Source: Alphaproteobacteria bacterium
GTDB lineage: Bacteria > Pseudomonadota > Alphaproteobacteria > MPNO01 > UBA830
Length of the DNA: 64,000 nucleotides
Assembly (NCBI GenBank): GCA_965243135.1
Contig: OZ251539.1
Location: forward strand, 3,552,001 to 3,616,000
Reading direction: 5' to 3'
Each line of letters opens with the position of its first letter. The stretch's first letter is position 1. Under the pieces are notes generated by a model. It did not search any database. It was not told where the DNA came from and saw only the letters and a program-made list of their open reading frames with translations. This document shows positions 10,759 to 20,830 of this stretch, piece after piece. Made by a program: the position numbers and the translations under genes.

Positions 10759-10840
10759 TGGCAGTCTCCGGGAACGGGTACCGACTCGTCGTTCGTTTCG
10801 GCTATGTGCGCCGGGTCTGGCTTATACCCTTCGTGGGTGC

Positions 10841-11014
10841 ATGAAGACGCAGACCTTTGATCTCGTACTGACACGCTATGTAATCGAACGGCTGCCGCCA
10901 CACGCTTATCGATTCGTTCTCAAGGGCACCATGCTGCTGATGGCTTGGTTCGACGGGCCGTTCCGTAGTTCGCGTGATCTTGATCTCTTGGGCCATGGCG
11001 ACCCGGCGCCTTGA
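10841..11014 (+). pseudogene. AbiEii/AbiGii nucleotidyltransferase toxin N-terminal fragment
   Basis: TRYVIERL...RFVLKGTMLL..W....RSSRDLDLLG motif, truncated at an IS30 end. Confidence 0.75.
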
Positions 11015-11083
11015 CTCACCGGCCGACTCCATCCCCATACTTTCCTCGCGACAGGGATTGCCGACCGCCGGTACTGCACTTCG
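11009..11083 (+). mobile_element. IS30-family right end, split by the IS1111 insertion (continues at 12357-12370)
   Basis: Joining the flanks gives ...GATTGCCGACCGCCGGTACTGCACTTCG|GAGTCGATAGGGGG, matching the other IS30 ends. Confidence 0.8.
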
Positions 11084-11098
11084 TGTATGGACGCCCCC

Positions 11099-11332
11099 GT
11101 TGATGCAAGCATTTTGGAAAGCTCGGTGCATGCGGTCAAGTACATTCGTGTGTCTGGATGCGACTTCAGTGGCCGCGGACGGCGATACGCGGACCGGGTC
11201 CAAGTGCGTGCTCGAAGCACACAAGAAGTGCAGCTGGTTTGCCCGCTCTATGACCATTTGCCCTTACTCTCCCTCCGTCCTTGCCCCCGACGTTATCCTA
11301 CAGCGCTAGCGCTGTCGGATCCCGGGAAACCC
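11099..11332 (-). ncRNA. candidate bridge/seek RNA of the IS1111-type element
   Basis: 3' non-coding region. The minus strand has CUGCACUUC (11233-11225), identical to target 11074-11082, next to hairpin UGUGUGCU-UCG-AGCACGCA. Confidence 0.6.
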
Positions 11333-12273
11333 TCAGTCGGCAGCCGGCGCGATTGCCGGCACCTGGTAGAACTCCTTCTTCGTCAGCAGCGCCCAAGCGG
11401 TACGCGCCATCTTGTTGGCCAGAGCCACCGCCACCAGCTTCGGAGGCTTGGTCGCAAGCATCTTGGCCAGCCACGAGCCCTTCGGAGCATCGCGTCGTTT
11501 CGCCAACCGAACGACCGACATTGCGCCGATGCTCTCCGGATGTCACGCTGACCCGTGGCCGAGCCTCACTTTGCCGCCCGTGCTGTCCTCTCTCGGCGTC
11601 AGACCCAGCCAAGCCGCGAAGTCGCGCCCCGACCGGAAGTTCTCCCGGCGCGAAGGCTGCCGAAGCGGTCAAGGGACCGACCCCGGGAATGCTCCGCTTC
11701 GAGTCCTCCTTCGCAAGCGCCGCGATCCTTTTGTCGATCTCGTCGATCTTCTTTTTCAGACTGCCGCTCCAACAGATCGGCTGCGGTGTACCAGGTCGGG
11801 CAGGCGATGCCAGCAACGCATCTTCGAGCTTCCTGACGTTGGCAGTGCCTTGGGGAACCACGAGACCGAACTCCGCAAGATGACCGCGAAGTGCGTTAAT
11901 CGTCTGGGTCCGCTGCCGCACGAACAGGCTGCGCGCATGCCACATCATTCCCTGCTGTTCCTCGGTCTTCACAGCGACGAATCGCATCGTCGGTGCGGCT
12001 TCGGCGATCGCCTCCGCCCGTGTCGTTCTTCTGACGCTTGACGAACGGCTTGACGGGTGGCAACAACCTGACCTCGCGGCCAAGCTTCTCCCGGCCCCAG
12101 TAGTGCGAACTGCCGCAAGCCTCCACGATGCACTTCGGCTGTCGCTTCAGGAAGTCCAGAACCTTCGGGCGGCCGAGGGTCCGGCGAAACGCAACGGATC
12201 CGTCCGTTCGAGCACCGTGAAGCGAGAAACTCCGCTTCGCCAAGTCGATGCCGATTATGCTAACCTGTTCCAT
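11333..12273 (-). pseudogene. IS110/IS1111 transposase (DEDD), frameshifted
   Basis: IIGIDLAK, VEACGSSHYWGR, KRQKND, RTQTINALRGHLAEFG, IPGVGPLTA, VALANKMARTAWA, spread over several frames. Confidence 0.92.
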
Positions 12274-12370
12274 GGATGTCCTCTCTCCATATGTTGTGGT
12301 TCGACAGCACTATGGCACAATGCGATGCCGCCGGGGAGGGGGCGTCCATCCCATCGGAGTCGATAGGGGG

Positions 12371-12540
12371 CACTTGGTACGAACGGAGGTGGGGCGAATT
12401 CTTATGCGTCCTCAAGACCGGAGCCCGGGGATCGCAACTTCGACGAGGTCGATGACCTCAAGCGTTGCCTCGCTTTCGACGCCATCACCGCATGGAGGGT
12501 CCTCGACCGCCTGGCGCGGGAAAAGCCCGGCACTCCCGGA
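12371..12540 (+). pseudogene. IS4 (Tn5-like) transposase fragment
   Basis: WYERRW...RVLKTG...DDLKRCLAFDAITAWRV (YREK region). Confidence 0.65.
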
Positions 12541-12706
12541 AAACGGGAAACTCTGGAACAGGTACGTCAAGTTGAAGCAATCATCTGTCGTGTATCGCGC
12601 CGCCAGAAATGCAGAGTTGAATGTGGGAGGATGACAGAAGGCGAATTGAGCCACGGACGAAGACGAAGGAAGGACCCTGCGCCGAGCAGGTGGAGTTCGT
12701 CAACCT

Positions 12707-13030
12707 TCAACCCGCACGCCACCGACGCTGGCCTGTGCGCCTCGCCTGCACGAGAATGCCAGTCATGCGGAGACGCCAATCGACCAGCTTCGTGCTGACG
12801 CCAAACACCCGGCTGATGGCTTCCGATGACGGCATGCGCCGATACACACTGAGCAATCCATCACGGGGCAGCAGGAGGGTACCAGCAAGCCAGTCAGCCT
12901 CATCTTCTTGTTCGGCATCATAGCGGTCTCTGAACAGGAACCCTTCCTCGGACACGCTGGCCGTCGCTGGACGGTGGTCCAGAAGGATGTGTGCGAGTTC
13001 GTGGGCCAAGCTACTGTGCTGCCGATTCTT
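12707..13030 (-). pseudogene. ImmA/IrrE metallo-endopeptidase C-terminal fragment
   Basis: LAHELAHILLDH (HExxH) and EQEDEADWLAGTLLLPR; N-terminus replaced by IS4 sequence. Confidence 0.8.
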
Positions 13031-13039
13031 GGCTGGGGG

Positions 13040-14728
13040 CTGTCGGGTTCGCGGCCTCGGCACGCCGCTGTCGCGACCGCCGGCTGGAACGACGACCGAC
13101 GGCGCACTTGCCTGCACCGGGTCTTGTGCCTGTCGCGCTTCCGCCCCGGCGTGCCGCACCTCGCATGTGTTGAGACGGGTGGCGGGCATGGCAGGGGACG
13201 ATTTCGGGGCGCGCTACGGCTACCGCCCTGCTGGAGACCTTTGATGGACAGCATACGGGAGCGAGTTTCCGGGCCGCGAACTGGCGATGGGTGGGGAAGA
13301 CCAGCGGTCGCGGTCGCTTGGGGGGCGCGGCGAAGACACCGAAAGCGGTGTACATGTACGGCGCGGGATGGCGGGAGCACCTGCGGGGGCCCGAACCGCA
13401 TTTTGCGCCGCTGGAGGCCGGGGCCGGCCTGGACCGGAAGAGCTGGGCGGAACAGGAGTTCGGCGGCGCGCCGCTGGGAGACGCACGCCTGAGCGCACGG
13501 CTGGTGACTTGCGCCCGGATCCAGGCGGACGCGCCGGCGTTCACGGGCGCCGCGAGGGGGGAAAGGCTTACTACCGTCTGCAAGCCGGACAACGAGGCGG
13601 TGGAGAACATCCTGCAACCGCACCGGCGCTGCAACGGATGCAGGGGGAGAAGACGGTGTTGTGCGTGCAGGACGGCAGCACGCTGAACTTCGCAAAGCGT
13701 GGCAATGGGTTGGGAATCAGGAACCAGACCGCCGCCGCTGCCCGAGGCCTGCACCTGCACGCCACGGTGAACACGGACGGGTTGCCGCTGGGGGTTCTGC
13801 GAGCCGCGTTCGACGCCCCGCAGCCGGGCGCGGAGAAGAACAAACCTCGCGAGGAGAAGAAGTCGTATCGCCGAGGGTCTTCGCGACAGCGCCGAGGCCG
13901 CCGCGGCTGGCGTGCAAGTGGTCGGCGTCCCGGGAGGCGCAGTTCGTCGACCTGTTCGTCGAGCGGCGCGAGCGGACGCCGGGAGTGGAACTCTTGGTGC
14001 GGGCGAAGACCAACCGCGTTCTCGAAGAGGACGACAAGCTGTTCGACAAGGTGCGGAAGAGCCCGGCGCAGAGCAAGATGACGATCAAGCGTCTGAGCGC
14101 ACGCGTCAAGGCCAGCAAGCAGGCCGCGAAGGCCACCTCACCGTCAGGCCACCGTCAAGCTGCGTTATCTCAAGGTGAAGTTGCCGGCGAAGGGCAAGGA
14201 TCCCGTGACGATCCTGCATGTCCGCGAGGAAAACCCGCCAACCGAAGCTGCCCGGCGGTTCCTGTTGACGACGCTGCCGGTCGAGGGTGCCGCAGACGCT
14301 GAGCGCCGTGGTACGGTTTGCGCTGGAGAATCGAAGATTATTTCCGCGTCTTGAAGTCCGGCTGCCGAGGAACTTGAGAACCAAACGGCCGAGCGACTGC
14401 AACGCGCCGCTGCCATGGTCATCGCCTGGCGCATCCATGGCCCGCCTCGGACGGGAACTGCCCGACCTGCCGCCCGAGCCTCTGTTCTCGGACGTCGAGC
14501 TCTGGGTACTGGCGCTGTTCGCCGCACCGCAAGGATGCGCCGAAAAGCCTCGCGGAAGCGGTTGCTTTGGTCGCAAACCTCGGCGGCTATTTCAAACGCA
14601 AGCGGGATCCGCCAGGCGCGGAAGTGATGTGGTACGGCTACGCCCAACTCGCCGCAATGGCTCTTTTTCGGGAACTTGAGGATGAATATCAATAATGTCC
14701 AAACGCCATTTATGGGGCACAGGCAGGC
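13040..14728 (+). mobile_element. IS4-family transposase with N-terminal DUF4338 (DruA-like) region, decayed
   Basis: RVLCLSRF, ARYGYRP, RAANW..VGKTSGRGR, WAEQEFGGAPLGDARLSARL, VQDGSTLNF, GLHLHAT, LGGY..RKRDPP; right end ATGGGGCACAGGCAG. Confidence 0.85.
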
Positions 14729-14950
14729 CTAGCCAACGGCGACCTCGATGCGGGTCACATAGACTTCGCTACGCAGGCGCCTATCGACTTCCTCTGCCGG
14801 AGCGGTCTCGAAGAACAGAGTCAATGCCTCCTCAAGGTTGACGCGAGCTTCGGCTACGGTGCTTCCTTGGCTGGCGACGTCGACCTCCGGGCATAGGGCA
14901 ACATAACCGTCTCCTTCGCGTTCCACAATCGCCGTCAACTGTCTGTTCAT
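14729..14950 (-). CDS. hicB: HicB-family antitoxin (orphan; hicA removed by IS4)
   Basis: TAIVEREGDGYVALCPEVDVASQGSTVAEARVNLEEA; AAGGAAGGAGG RBS. Confidence 0.9.
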   Translation of the reverse strand: MNRQLTAIVEREGDGYVALCPEVDVASQGSTVAEARVNLEEALTLFFETAPAEEVDRRLRSEVYVTRIEVAVG

Positions 14951-15097
14951 GCCGTACCTCCTTCCTTAAAGACGACTCATTCACCATCCGTTCATAGTGG
15001 CCGCAGTCGCTGTCCAGATCAAGAACTTTTCTTTAGCAGTGAATTAAGGGAATCGAACATTTTCTGGAAACGACAAAGCGTATCTTCGCATATCTCC

Positions 15098-15865
15098 AGT
15101 TCCTGCGCCGTTTTGCTTGACGGGGTTTCGCTTCGCCCGGACGGAGACGAAGAAGCGTGCTGGCGCGAGGCGTCCTGCGGGACGGTCAGTTTCCAGGACG
15201 CGGAGGGCAATCGCTTGAAAACGCTCAGTTTCGGAGCCGGAGGCCGGCAAGGCGACGCTGAAGGCGCAACTCGCCGAAGAGGTCGCCCACCAAGGTACGG
15301 CCCGACCTGAAGGTGGTCGCCGTTGCCGACGCCGCGCCCGACAACTGGACGTTTCTCGACGAGCTACGGCCCGACGAGCGGGCGGTCGATTTTTGCGTGC
15401 GAACATCTCAACGAGGTCTCCGACCGTCGCAAGCAACTGGTACGAAAAGTACCGTGCCGTCCTGCGCGACGACGCCGACAGCGTCGACAAGGTTATCCGG
15501 GCGATCTCCGCGACAAGGCGACGACGGAAACGGCGCTCAAGGTTCTCGGGCGCGAGCTTTTCCGCAAGCACAGGCACCGCATGCGCTACGCGAGCCTCAA
15601 GGCCGACGGTTACGCGGTCGGGCGTCGTGGAGGCCGCCAACAAGGTGCTGGTCAACCAGCGCATGAAGCGGGCGCGCTGGAGCGTCGAAGGCGGTCAGAA
15701 CGTCCTCACCCTCAGAGCGTTGGTCGGGTCGCTTCGAGTCGGCGTGGCGGGCAATGATCGGGGCTGCGAACGACAATCAGGCGCTGAACGCTATCGCGGC
15801 CTGACGGCGGAAATCCCGATTCCGTAAATAAAAACAAGGAGTTTGGCAAAAATAGATCTGCACCC
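15098..15865 (+). mobile_element. ISKra4-family transposase remnant, copy 1 (3' part)
   Basis: WREASCGTVSF, VADAAPDNW, SGVVEAANK; right end ...AAATAGATCTGCACCC. Confidence 0.75.
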
Positions 15866-17195
15866 TTCGGGGAATTCGCGGCCTTCCTCAAGGCGGGGTC
15901 CGAGGGGGAGGGTCCCGAGGCGTTCGCCGATTTCGAGCTTGGGTTAGGTAAGCAGGTCGCTGCGCTGTGCCGGACGGTGATTTGCAAATACATCGAGGAC
16001 CGGGACGAGAGGGGAGGCCCGATTCACAAGGACGACAAAGTCTTCTATCGGGCTGCGCGGACGCAGAAGACCGTCCACACGCTGTTCGGTCCGGTCCGGT
16101 ATTTCCGGACGCGATATCGCTCGGAAGATGGGTCGTTCTCGCCGGTCGACAACGACCTGGGCCTGCGGCTATCTCACGAACCCGGCCGCTTATCGCGCTC
16201 TTCTGCTCCTGGACCACTGCACGCCGCAGGAAACGGCCAAACTCTTCGAGGAGTTGGGGGGCATGAACCCGTCGTCGAGCCACGCGTCTGTTGGAGACGA
16301 CGGGCAGTCTCTGGAAGGAAAAGGGGCGGGAAGCCATGGAAAGCATCCGCGAGGCGGAAACGGTGCCGGAGGAGGCGGTTTCCTGCGCCGTTTCGCTTGA
16401 TGGTGTGATGGTTTCGCTTCGCCCGGACGGGGACGAAGAAGCGTGCTGGCGCGAGGCGTCCTGCGGAACGGTCAGTTTCCAGGACGCGGAAGGCAATCGC
16501 TTGAAAACGCTCAGTTTTGGGCGAATGCCGGAGGCCGGCAAGGCGACGCTGAAGGCGCAACTCGCCGAAGAGGTCGCCCACATCCGTAAGGTGCGGCCCG
16601 ACCTGAAGGTGGTCGCCGTTGCCGACGCCGCGCCCGACAACTGGACGTTTCTCGACGAGCTCCAGCCCGACGAGCGGGCGGTCGATTTTTTCCATGCGTG
16701 CGAACATCTCAACGAAGTCTCCGACCATGCGGTCGCAAGCAGCTGGTACGAAAAGTACCGCGCCGTCCTGCGCGACGACGCCGACGGCGTCGACAAGGTC
16801 GGCGATCCGCTATCTCCGCGACAAGGCGACGACGGAAACGGCGATCAAGGTTCTCGGGCGCGAGCTCAGGTTTTTCCGCAAGCACAGGCGCCGCATGCGC
16901 TACGCGAGCCTCAGGGCCGGCGGCTACGCAATTGGGTCGGGCGTCGTGGAAGCCGCCAACAAGGTGCTGGTCAACCAGCGCATGAAGCGGGCCGGCATGC
17001 GCTGGAGCATCGAAGGCGGTCAGAACGTCCTCACCCTCAGAGCGCTGATAAGGTCGGGTCGCTTCGAGTCGGCGTGGCGGGCGATGACTGGGGCTGCGAA
17101 CGACAATCAGGCGTTGCACGTCATCGCGGCCTGACGGCGGAAATCCCGATTCCGTAAATAAAAACAAAGAGTTTGGCAAAAATAGATCTGCACCC
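15866..17195 (+). mobile_element. ISKra4-family transposase remnant, copy 2 (near full, frameshifted)
   Basis: TLFGPVRYFR, VSLDGVMV, DFFHACEHL, IGSGVVEAANK..V.QRMKRAGMRW; same right end. Confidence 0.8.
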
Positions 17196-17345
17196 CCTCA
17201 GAGCGTTGGTCGGGTCGCTTCGAGTCGGCATGGCGGACAATGACTGGGGCTGCGAACGACAATCAGGCGTTCAACGTCGCCTGACGGCGAAAATCCCGAT
17301 TCCGTAAATAAAAACAAGGAGTTTGGCAAAAATAGAGCTGCACCC
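17196..17345 (+). repeat. third copy of the ISKra4 3' end
   Basis: Near-identical to 15711-15865 and 17036-17195. Confidence 0.85.
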
Positions 17346-17499
17346 TTTCGGCTCGCCCCTTCGAGGTCAGAAACGAAACGGCCAAGGGCAGGACACGCCG
17401 CAGGGAGCAGAGGAGCGGGGTCGCCGCGCCCGCCCGGGACGGGGCGATTTCCGTCCGTCTGCAGAGGCCGCATCCGGCGGGATTCCCCGATGCAGGCCG

Positions 17500-17874
17500 T
17501 TACCAATCCAGATGTTTCGCGAGCTTTTCGACATCGGCTACGCGTCTGAGTTTGACATGGTATTCCATCCCTTGGTTGGGCGTTCCATTGAAGTCATTTC
17601 CGAAATCTCTGGTCAGATTCGCTCCGAGTTTCTTTCGGTCGATCCGGGTCAAAGCGTATTTCCGAAAATAGAACGTCAGCGAACTCCGGTTGACGATAAA
17701 GGCGTAAGGCATATTCCTGTCATCATCGTAAAAGTTGCACGATCTTTTGTTACTGGGGTTCCCACCCCATCGGCATTCGCATTTCAGTTTTGAGTTATCC
17801 ACGAGTTCCAGCAGGCGATGATACGCCTTCCGGGTTTCCGGTGCCTTGATATGGTCAGCGAACTGCGAACGCAT
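17500..17874 (-). CDS. hypothetical protein (124 aa)
   Basis: Intact ORF with AGGAGG RBS; lower GC. Confidence 0.6.
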   Translation of the reverse strand: MRSQFADHIKAPETRKAYHRLLELVDNSKLKCECRWGGNPSNKRSCNFYDDDRNMPYAFIVNRSSLTFYFRKYALTRIDRKKLGANLTRDFGNDFNGTPNQGMEYHVKLRRVADVEKLAKHLDW

Positions 17875-18084
17875 GTCTTTCCTCCTGAGTGAAGTTCATT
17901 CCGGCACCCGGTGCCATGGCGTGCTGCGGCGGACGCCCGATGTTGCGGCAGCATCGGTGCTGCCTCGCGCAGGATCCCTCTGCCGGACCGAGGTTCATTG
18001 TAAAATCTGATTTGCAGACATGCGAGCATTTTCGTCTCCGCGCCGCCGATTTCTCGCCGCATTCCTCGGGGCAGGCTCTTCCGG

Positions 18085-18370
18085 TCAGTTATGGAGGGGA
18101 AGCCGATCAGGTGCCAGGCGATGACCATGGCGACAGCGCAGCGCTCGGCCGTTCGGTTCTCAAGTTCCTTGCAGCTGGATTTCAGGATCCAATCCTGGCT
18201 GCTCCCAGCGCAGATCTTACCGTGTCAGAACGCGTTCGACATCGTCGGCGCTCGGCAGCGTCGTCAGCAGGAACCAACCGTTCGGGCACCTGGCGGGGGA
18301 GCATTCTCGCGGACGACCATCGTCTCGACGGGTTCTTTGCTCTTCGCCGGCAACTCGACCGGACAAACCT
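18085..18370 (-). pseudogene. IS4 transposase fragment (paralogue of 14170-14430)
   Basis: Inverted similarity, e.g. LKSSCK..ELENRTAER..AVAMVIAW. Confidence 0.7.
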
Positions 18371-18465
18371 TGATGCTCCATTCGCCATCTTTACGCACGA
18401 GAACAAACAGCAGGATACCCACCCTTTTCAGGCTGAAACATAAATCGGTTGCAGGTCTAACCCGT

Positions 18466-19302
18466 TCAATCTCGACGCTTCACGCTATGGATAGAAGATA
18501 GCGTTTCCACATTTTGTAATTTTTTTCGCTTCTTAAGAAAATGACTTTCATGCGATATTGCATGACGACACCAGTGAGAGTAAGAGACAGCTACCGCCGC
18601 CATGAACCCGTAACTTCCTTCCCTCCAGAAACCACGCACAACGTATCTGATGAAAAAATATACCGGCAGTCCGAAATATACTTTTAGTGCGGACGGCAAG
18701 AAGCGCCGAGATTTCAAAAAAGGAGATTTCTGGATATTCGCCTTGGCCATCTTCAGCGCCAACTGCCCCATGCCACTGAAGGAGTAGTGAAGCAACGCTC
18801 CTTGCAAGCGACCAACCGTTAGATCGTCAGGAATCCTAAACTGATCCCAAACGCCATGGGCCGGTGCACGAATTTTACGTTTATCGTAGAGCTTTGCGCG
18901 ACGAACGACCGGGCACTTCGTCCACACATGACCGCCGGGATCTACGGTAATCAGGGGGATTTCGTAGATGTCCGAATCGGGACCGTCATAGTCTCCAGAG
19001 AAAAGAGCGCGAATTTCTTGAGCGAGATCGTCGGTAACAACTTCGTCTGCATCTATATCCAAAACCCAATTGTGACAACATGCCTCTTCGCCAACTCGCT
19101 TTTGGTGACCGTTTCCTAACCACGTTTGCTTGATCACGCGCGCTCCCTCTGCAGTAGCCAAATGCACTGTCGAATCGGTAGAACCAGAATCAACGACAAC
19201 GACTTCATCTGAAACTTGTTTCGCCGCACGAACTGTTTCTGCAATATTTTGTTCTTCGTTTAGGGTACGAATATAACATGAAATTTTCGTTGTATTATTC
19301 AT
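18466..19302 (-). CDS. glycosyltransferase family 2 (WaaE/KdtX-like, LPS core)
   Basis: ISCYIRTLNEE, VVVDSGSTD, WLGNGHQK, WVLDIDADE, LLHYS. Confidence 0.9.
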   Translation of the reverse strand: MNNTTKISCYIRTLNEEQNIAETVRAAKQVSDEVVVVDSGSTDSTVHLATAEGARVIKQTWLGNGHQKRVGEEACCHNWVLDIDADEVVTDDLAQEIRALFSGDYDGPDSDIYEIPLITVDPGGHVWTKCPVVRRAKLYDKRKIRAPAHGVWDQFRIPDDLTVGRLQGALLHYSFSGMGQLALKMAKANIQKSPFLKSRRFLPSALKVYFGLPVYFFIRYVVRGFWREGSYGFMAAVAVSYSHWCRHAISHESHFLKKRKKLQNVETLSSIHSVKRRD

Positions 19303-19534
19303 CGGAATGTTGGATGGTGGCGGTGCCATTGCTGGGTCTCCCGAAAACAGGTTCGCTATTATTCCACGGCGTTATACGCCTTCGGCATGTCGGTCGGCCC
19401 GAAACAACGCCCGGAGAGCGAACCGGGCTTCTCTGTCCGAACGAAAGCCAGCTTCAGCGAACGGAATCGCCACAGGCTCCGCCTCCGACAAGTAAACATG
19501 CGCAAAGCCGAACATACTCGAGCAAGAAATATGT

Positions 19535-20431
19535 CTACGGCATGTCAGCAAGCGTTTTTCCCCAACGCCTGTGGAACCACAACCACTGTTCAGGACGAGC
19601 ACGCACCCACTCCTCAATGCGTTCATTCACCCAACCCATTGTCGCTCGAATATCGGCGATGCGATCACCCGTATCGACAGGTCGACGCGGCGCTTCGACA
19701 ACAACTCTAAAGTTTGCCGGTCCCGTGCGCTCGGTCCGTACCGGCACCAACAACGCACCATAACGAAGTGCGAGGCTGGCTGGCGCGGACGGAGTCATCG
19801 CCTCCAACCCCATAAACGGCACTGCCACACCGTTGTTCATTCGCACGTCCGCCAACATGAGGATATTCCCGCCCGATTTCAAGATTTCAGTGAGCCTGCG
19901 TGCGCCGGGACGCCCCTTGATTACCATCTCGACATTGCTTCGCGATTGCAATCGCCGCAACGCCGTATCCATCAACGGGTTATTGAATATGCGGTTGACC
20001 ACAACGAGCTCCACGCCATGTCTGTGCGCAGCCCACGGTATTGTTTCCCAGTTACCCATGTGGGCGGAAAACAATATCCCGGGCGCGTCCCGTAGCTTAT
20101 CGAAGTGTTCGCCGCCAACAACCTCGACCCTGTGCCTCTGTTCGGATCTGATCCTGTCGAGATGAAGGTAGTCATTCCCGACCCGGGCAAAGGATTCCCA
20201 AACACTGCGAAGAATTTTTTCCCTCTCGGCTTCCGGCAGATCCGGCCATACGAGCCCAAGGTTGCTACGAACGCGCCTGCTGAGGCCCAAGTACGGCCCA
20301 ATCATTCGAGCCAGCGCTGCAAGAGCACTCGAAGATATATCGACCGGCAACAAGCCAAACGGAACAACGCATAGACGGGCGAGGCCGTATTCAAGCACAT
20401 GCAGAAGCGTCGGACGTGATGATTTACGCAT
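19535..20431 (-). CDS. lpxL: lipid A lauroyl/Kdo2-lipid IVA acyltransferase (LpxL/HtrB family)
   Basis: SAHMGNWE, LADVR, VPFMG, PEQWLWFHRRW. Confidence 0.9.
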   Translation of the reverse strand: MRKSSRPTLLHVLEYGLARLCVVPFGLLPVDISSSALAALARMIGPYLGLSRRVRSNLGLVWPDLPEAEREKILRSVWESFARVGNDYLHLDRIRSEQRHRVEVVGGEHFDKLRDAPGILFSAHMGNWETIPWAAHRHGVELVVVNRIFNNPLMDTALRRLQSRSNVEMVIKGRPGARRLTEILKSGGNILMLADVRMNNGVAVPFMGLEAMTPSAPASLALRYGALLVPVRTERTGPANFRVVVEAPRRPVDTGDRIADIRATMGWVNERIEEWVRARPEQWLWFHRRWGKTLADMP

Positions 20432-20544
20432 AGATCTCCAAGCCGATCCAGTGATTCAAGAGTTTGCAGCAGACGTCCGAGTAGAGTATGTCGAGAACTA
20501 TAATCCACGCCCCTTCAAGTTGTTGTGCAACTAACCCCGGGCAG

Positions 20545-20763
20545 TAGGCTACAAGAAACCGTTCCGCGAATCGAGGATTTTTTCGCGGCGACGCTCGCTG
20601 TTCGAGAGTTCGGGCGTGTGACGCTGAGGGCCGCCCCATCTGTCTTCACGCCGCAACCCCCGAACGCAGAACGGTTATGTCGGCGCATGATAGCGGCGCG
20701 AGGCCGGGAGAACCATATCTAAAGTTACATGCTACGGGATGAGCAGGCGCCGGTCGGGAGAGT
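20545..20763. repeat. dispersed ~200-bp repeat, inverted copy at ~52238-52415
   Basis: GAAACCGTTCCGCGAATCGA(G/A)GATTTTTTCGCGGCG... and AGTTACATGCTACGGG shared. Confidence 0.8.
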
Positions 20764-20764
20764 C

Positions 20765-20830
20765 AGAAGGGATGGATGCCCCTCCCCAGCGGCATCGCGC
20801 TGCGCCATAGTGCCGTCAGACCACAACACC
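20765..20830 (+). mobile_element. IS1111-type left-end remnant
   Basis: GGGATGGATGCCCCTCCCCAGCGGCATCGC...GCCATAGTG...ACCACAAC, homologous to the reverse complement of 12293-12356. Confidence 0.7.

Larger units (their letters stand above)
11084..12356 (-). mobile_element. IS110-family, IS1111-type element
   Basis: Sub-terminal IRs ATGGACGCCCCC (11087-11098) and GGGGGCGTCCAT (12338-12349), lying 3 and 7 bp from the ends. Long 3' non-coding region. No TSD, only a shared (T)CG core. Confidence 0.88.

Noticed and set aside
20424-20530. lpxK C-terminal remnant upstream of lpxL
   Set aside because: Position is suggestive but no diagnostic motif is visible.
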